Below, in pieces: positions 61,036 to 64,000 of a stretch of DNA of 64,000 nt (the stretch's first letter is position 1; every line of letters starts with the position of its first letter). The notes beneath the pieces were generated by a model that was not told the DNA's origin, made no database searches, and saw only the letters and a list, made by a program, of their open reading frames with translations. This stretch comes from Gemmatimonadota bacterium (GTDB lineage: Bacteria; Gemmatimonadota; Gemmatimonadetes; Gemmatimonadales; GWC2-71-9): positions 1 through 64,000 of the forward strand of contig JBDHKN010000026.1 in assembly GCA_039586365.1 (NCBI GenBank). Direction: 5' to 3'. The position numbers and the translations under genes were made by a program.

Positions 61036-61114
61036 AAGTCGTGCCAATTGCAGGCAGTTCCCGGGGACCACACCTGAAATCATTTGATTACAGATAGTTA
61101 CGGACAGGGTAACG

Positions 61115-61696
61115 CTACAGATACCCCAGGTAATTGGCCATCAGTTGCTTCCCTATATCGGTCCCGATCGATTCCGGATGGAATTGCACACCGAAGGCCG
61201 GCTCGCTCACGTGCTGGATAGCCATGATCTCGGCGCCGCGGGGTCGGTCGTTCGTCCAAGCCGTAACGCGCAGCTCCGCCGGCAGTGAAGCGGGGCTCAC
61301 AATCAGCGAGTGGTAGCGCATCGCTCTGAACGGCGACGGCAGGCCCCGCAGTATTCCCTCGGCAGTGTGGGCAACTTCCGAGGTCTTGCCGTGCATCAGT
61401 CGCTCGGCTCTGACCACCTCACCGCCGAACGCCGCGGCAAGACCCTGGTGCCCCAAGCACACACCTAGCAATGGTACCCGCCCCACGCACCAGCGGATCA
61501 ACGGGATCGTGATGCCCGCTAGTGACGGGATGCCGGGCCCCGGTGAGATCACCACACCGGCCGGTGCCATGCGCTCCACGTCAGCAACCGCGACCTGATC
61601 GTTGCGGCGCACTAGGGGATCTGCGCCGAGCTCGCCCAGGTACTGCACCAGGTTGTAGGTGAACGAGTCATAGTTGTCCAGAACGAATATCATCAC
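61115..61696 (-). CDS. Anthranilate/aminodeoxychorismate synthase component II (TrpG/PabA)
   Basis: DNYDSFTYNL, ISPGPG, GVCLGHQ, RYHSL and QFHPES motifs. Confidence 0.93.
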   Translation of the reverse strand: MMIFVLDNYDSFTYNLVQYLGELGADPLVRRNDQVAVADVERMAPAGVVISPGPGIPSLAGITIPLIRWCVGRVPLLGVCLGHQGLAAAFGGEVVRAERLMHGKTSEVAHTAEGILRGLPSPFRAMRYHSLIVSPASLPAELRVTAWTNDRPRGAEIMAIQHVSEPAFGVQFHPESIGTDIGKQLMANYLGYL

Positions 61697-62610
61697 GCTC
61701 GAGGGTGATAGGTCTTGTGCACCGTCTGGAGGTATTCCCGGTCTACATGAGTGTATAGCTGGGTGGTAGCGAGGTTGGCGTGTCCCAGCATCTCCTGCAC
61801 CGCGCGCAGATCTGCACCACCCTCCAACAGGTGTGTGGCGAACGTGTGGCGCAGAGTGTGTGGCGTCACCCGCTTGTCGATACCCGCTTGCGCCGCACAG
61901 CGCTTGATAATGCCCCAGGCCCCGACGCGCGACAGCGGGCTACCCCTGGCGTTCAAGAAGAACCTGCCTTGCGCTTGCCCCCGGTCCAGAGTCGGCCGCG
62001 TTTCGCGAGAGTAGATGGCGGCGGCTCCCAGCGCCCTGCGACCTATCGGAACCAGGCGCTCCTTGGACCCCTTTCCCAGCACGCGGATCAGCGCTGCGTC
62101 AAACCACACGTCACTAGTTCCCAGGCCTACCAGTTCCGACACTCTCACCCCAGTGGCGTACGCCACCTCCAACAGGGCCCGATCTCTCCAGGCTAGGGTC
62201 CGATCCGGATCGGGGGCAGCCAACAGATACTCCACTTCCGTCACGGTGAGAACGTCGGGCAAGGTGCGCCAAGCCTTGGGCGTCTCCAACCGGCCACTCG
62301 GGTCGGACGCCACCAGGCCCTCTCCGAGGAGAAACCGGTAGTAGGTACGGATAGCTGACACCTGGCGTCTGATACTGGTGACGGCGAAGCCGAGGTCCTT
62401 GAGGTGATACACGAAATCACGCAGCAACGCGTAGCTGACCGAGCCCGGCTCGTTAGCGCCGCGAGCAATGGCGTGCGCCGCCAGGCGGCGCACGTCCCGG
62501 CCGTAGTTGGTGACGGTGTTGGGACTGTTGCCCGCCTCGAGCGCCAGATAGTCCTCGAAAGCCTCGATCCAGAAATCCCGCTCGACGGCCTGGTCCACCA
62601 CTTTGCTCAC
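61693..62610 (-). CDS. xerD: Site-specific tyrosine recombinase XerD
   Basis: RDRALLE..TGVRVSEL, GKGSKER, HTLRHTFATHLL..GADLRAVQEMLGHA..TTQLY. Confidence 0.88.
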   Translation of the reverse strand: MSKVVDQAVERDFWIEAFEDYLALEAGNSPNTVTNYGRDVRRLAAHAIARGANEPGSVSYALLRDFVYHLKDLGFAVTSIRRQVSAIRTYYRFLLGEGLVASDPSGRLETPKAWRTLPDVLTVTEVEYLLAAPDPDRTLAWRDRALLEVAYATGVRVSELVGLGTSDVWFDAALIRVLGKGSKERLVPIGRRALGAAAIYSRETRPTLDRGQAQGRFFLNARGSPLSRVGAWGIIKRCAAQAGIDKRVTPHTLRHTFATHLLEGGADLRAVQEMLGHANLATTQLYTHVDREYLQTVHKTYHPRA

Positions 62611-63329
62611 CGTGGAGTTCCCGTCGGCGGACTTGCTTCATTCCCCTCCGGCCGCACCGTCGCGGCGGAATCGGAGGCGGACCTTCCGGCCAACTGCTTG
62701 AGCCGCTCGCTCAACAGCGCGGCTGCCCGTTTGCGACTGCGGGCAATCAACCAGCTCGCCAACGCTATCACGCTCACGCCAAGCAGCAGTCCAACCCAAT
62801 TCAGATGCACCACGAAACCGGCAATGTCATCGAGTTTGGGCAGCAAAGTGGCGGCAACGTAGGTCAGAGCGCCGTACCAGATGGCGGATCCCACAGCCAA
62901 AGGGATCAGCGAGCGGCCCCAGGTGAGGCCCGCTACGCCCGCGAAGATCGGGATCACGGCTCGTGCGCCGGGCACAAAACGGCTCGCAAACACGCCCCAA
63001 GTTCCATAGTCTGCATACAGCCGCTCCAACCTCAGGAGGTGTTTCGGGTTGAGCAATCTGCGTCCCAGACGCCCGGTGAAGAAGCGTCGCCCCAGTGTAC
63101 GCGCAGCTACGTATACACCAGCTCCCGATGCGACGTTGGCTGCCCAGGTGACTCCAAACACCGACCAGGCCGATACGGCACCGGTGCTCGAGAGAAAAGC
63201 CCCCAACGCCACGGCCGTATCCGCCGGCACGGGAGGGAACACATTCTCAACACTCGCAAGCACTCCAATGACGGTGTAGACGACGCCGGGAGGAAGTGAC
63301 TGAAGTAGTCGTAGCAGACTCTCGAGCAG
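62607..63329 (-). CDS. DedA family membrane protein (probable CTG start at 63329; first canonical start 63263)
   Basis: ENVFPPVPAD and SRFVPGAR motifs. In-frame N-terminal helix LESLLRLLQSLPPGVVY and a GGAGG SD 8 nt before the CTG. Confidence 0.85.
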   Translation of the reverse strand: MLESLLRLLQSLPPGVVYTVIGVLASVENVFPPVPADTAVALGAFLSSTGAVSAWSVFGVTWAANVASGAGVYVAARTLGRRFFTGRLGRRLLNPKHLLRLERLYADYGTWGVFASRFVPGARAVIPIFAGVAGLTWGRSLIPLAVGSAIWYGALTYVAATLLPKLDDIAGFVVHLNWVGLLLGVSVIALASWLIARSRKRAAALLSERLKQLAGRSASDSAATVRPEGNEASPPTGTPR

Positions 63330-63330
63330 G

Positions 63331-63810
63331 CTAGGCGCCTCCGATCGACGCGACGGCGAAGACCTGAATTCCCTTGCCGCGGCCGACTGAATCCATCTTC
63401 TCGTTGGTCTTCGCCTTGATGGACACAGCGCGTGTCGGCAGCCCCAGAGCTCGCGACACGTTGTCGCACATGCTCTCGATGTACGGCGCCAGCTTGGGTG
63501 CCTCCAGGACGACAGTCACGTCTACGTTCACGATCGTGTAGCTCGCGGCGTTCAAACGGTGCCGCACCTCTTTCAGCAGGGTTAGTGAGTCGGCCCCCTT
63601 CCAGCGCGCGTCAGTATCGGGGAACAGCCTGCCGATGTCTCCCATCGCCGCGGCCCCGAGCAGAGCATCGACTACGGCATGGGTTACGGCATCCCCGTCC
63701 GAATGACCCTTGAGCCCCCTGTCGTGCTCCACCTCGACGCCACCGAGTATCAAGGGCCGCCCCGCTGCGAACAAGTGTGAATCGTAGCCGATGCCAAAAC
63801 GTTGCCGCAT
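63331..63810 (-). CDS. ispF: 2-C-methyl-D-erythritol 2,4-cyclodiphosphate synthase
   Basis: GIGYDSH, GHSDGD, GDIGRLFPDTD and SIKAKTNE motifs. Confidence 0.96.
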   Translation of the reverse strand: MRQRFGIGYDSHLFAAGRPLILGGVEVEHDRGLKGHSDGDAVTHAVVDALLGAAAMGDIGRLFPDTDARWKGADSLTLLKEVRHRLNAASYTIVNVDVTVVLEAPKLAPYIESMCDNVSRALGLPTRAVSIKAKTNEKMDSVGRGKGIQVFAVASIGGA

Positions 63811-63885
63811 GGGATGATGATATGGTATGAAGGAACGGAATGGAAGGCGAAGGCGGAGAGCGGAGAGGGAGAGCCGAGAGCGGAG

Positions 63886-64000
63886 TTACTGTGCCTCCCT
63901 GATCTTACACAACCTGCGAGCCGCTTGCTCGAGTACCTCCGTTGTCTTACAGAAGGCGAATCTGACCAACTTTCTGCCCAGTTCAGGTCGCGAGAAGAAA
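63886..64000 (-). CDS. Class I/II PLP aminotransferase, C-terminal fragment (gene starts beyond the window)
   Basis: Manual translation FFSRPELGRKLVRFAFCKTTEVLEQAARRLCKIREAQ*; VRFAFCK motif. Confidence 0.75.
   Translation of the reverse strand, partial: FFSRPELGRKLVRFAFCKTTEVLEQAARRLCKIREAQ

Noticed and set aside
61693..62610. Tyrosine recombinase as a phage or island integrase
   Set aside because: Size and motifs match housekeeping XerD, it is coupled to core genes, and there is no cargo or att site.
63835..63885. Purine-rich short tandem repeats (CGGAGAG-like) upstream of ispF
   Set aside because: Short, degenerate low-complexity tract with no evidence of function.

Overview
A gene-dense core-chromosome segment of a diderm bacterium. 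Gene content and order (LpxC-FabZ fusion, mcsA-mcsB-clpC-bamA linkage, bshC) suggest Gemmatimonadota/FCB group; this is an inference. The window appears to span the replication terminus. Almost every gene from 1 to 41.05 kb is on +, every gene from 41.44 to 64 kb is on -, and a near-canonical 28-bp XerC/XerD dif site (41226-41253) sits in the gap between them. Left arm: REC-GGDEF, zinc-ribbon protein, frameshifted prfB, lysS, lolC/E-lolD, mcsA-mcsB-clpC, bamA-skp-lpxD-lpxC/fabZ-lpxA-lpxB-DUF374-lpxK, rlmH, methyltransferase-bshC, murJ, uvrC, thrC-like, larC, TPR protein, tRNA-Gly(CCC), an orphan phage-like repressor, DUF512, der-plsY-gpsA, merR-surE-pcm-dedA-acyP, tRNA-Arg(CCT) and a YfgM-like gene. 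Right arm: ispF-dedA-xerD-trpG/pabA, then kdsB-pyrG-kdsA-kdsC-lptC-lptA-like-lptB-rpoN running into a 10-kb envelope glycosylation cluster (two GT2, GT4, GNAT, acyltransferase, deacetylase, flippase-like, YfhO GT-C) and dapF. The best candidate for an undescribed system is a lipid-carrier/YfhO glycosylation module, combined with strong enrichment of Bacteroidota-type D-(S/T)-X O-glycosylation sequons in exported proteins (18 in the LptA-like protein, including a 7x21-bp repeat). Other leads: a winged-helix-like extension on LptB, a candidate N-methyl-bacillithiol methyltransferase, probable CTG starts, leaderless genes, a sigma54-like site over the promoter of the rpoN operon, and two apparent small deletions. 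No CRISPR array, rRNA or IS element was seen. All calls are by eye, with no database searches.
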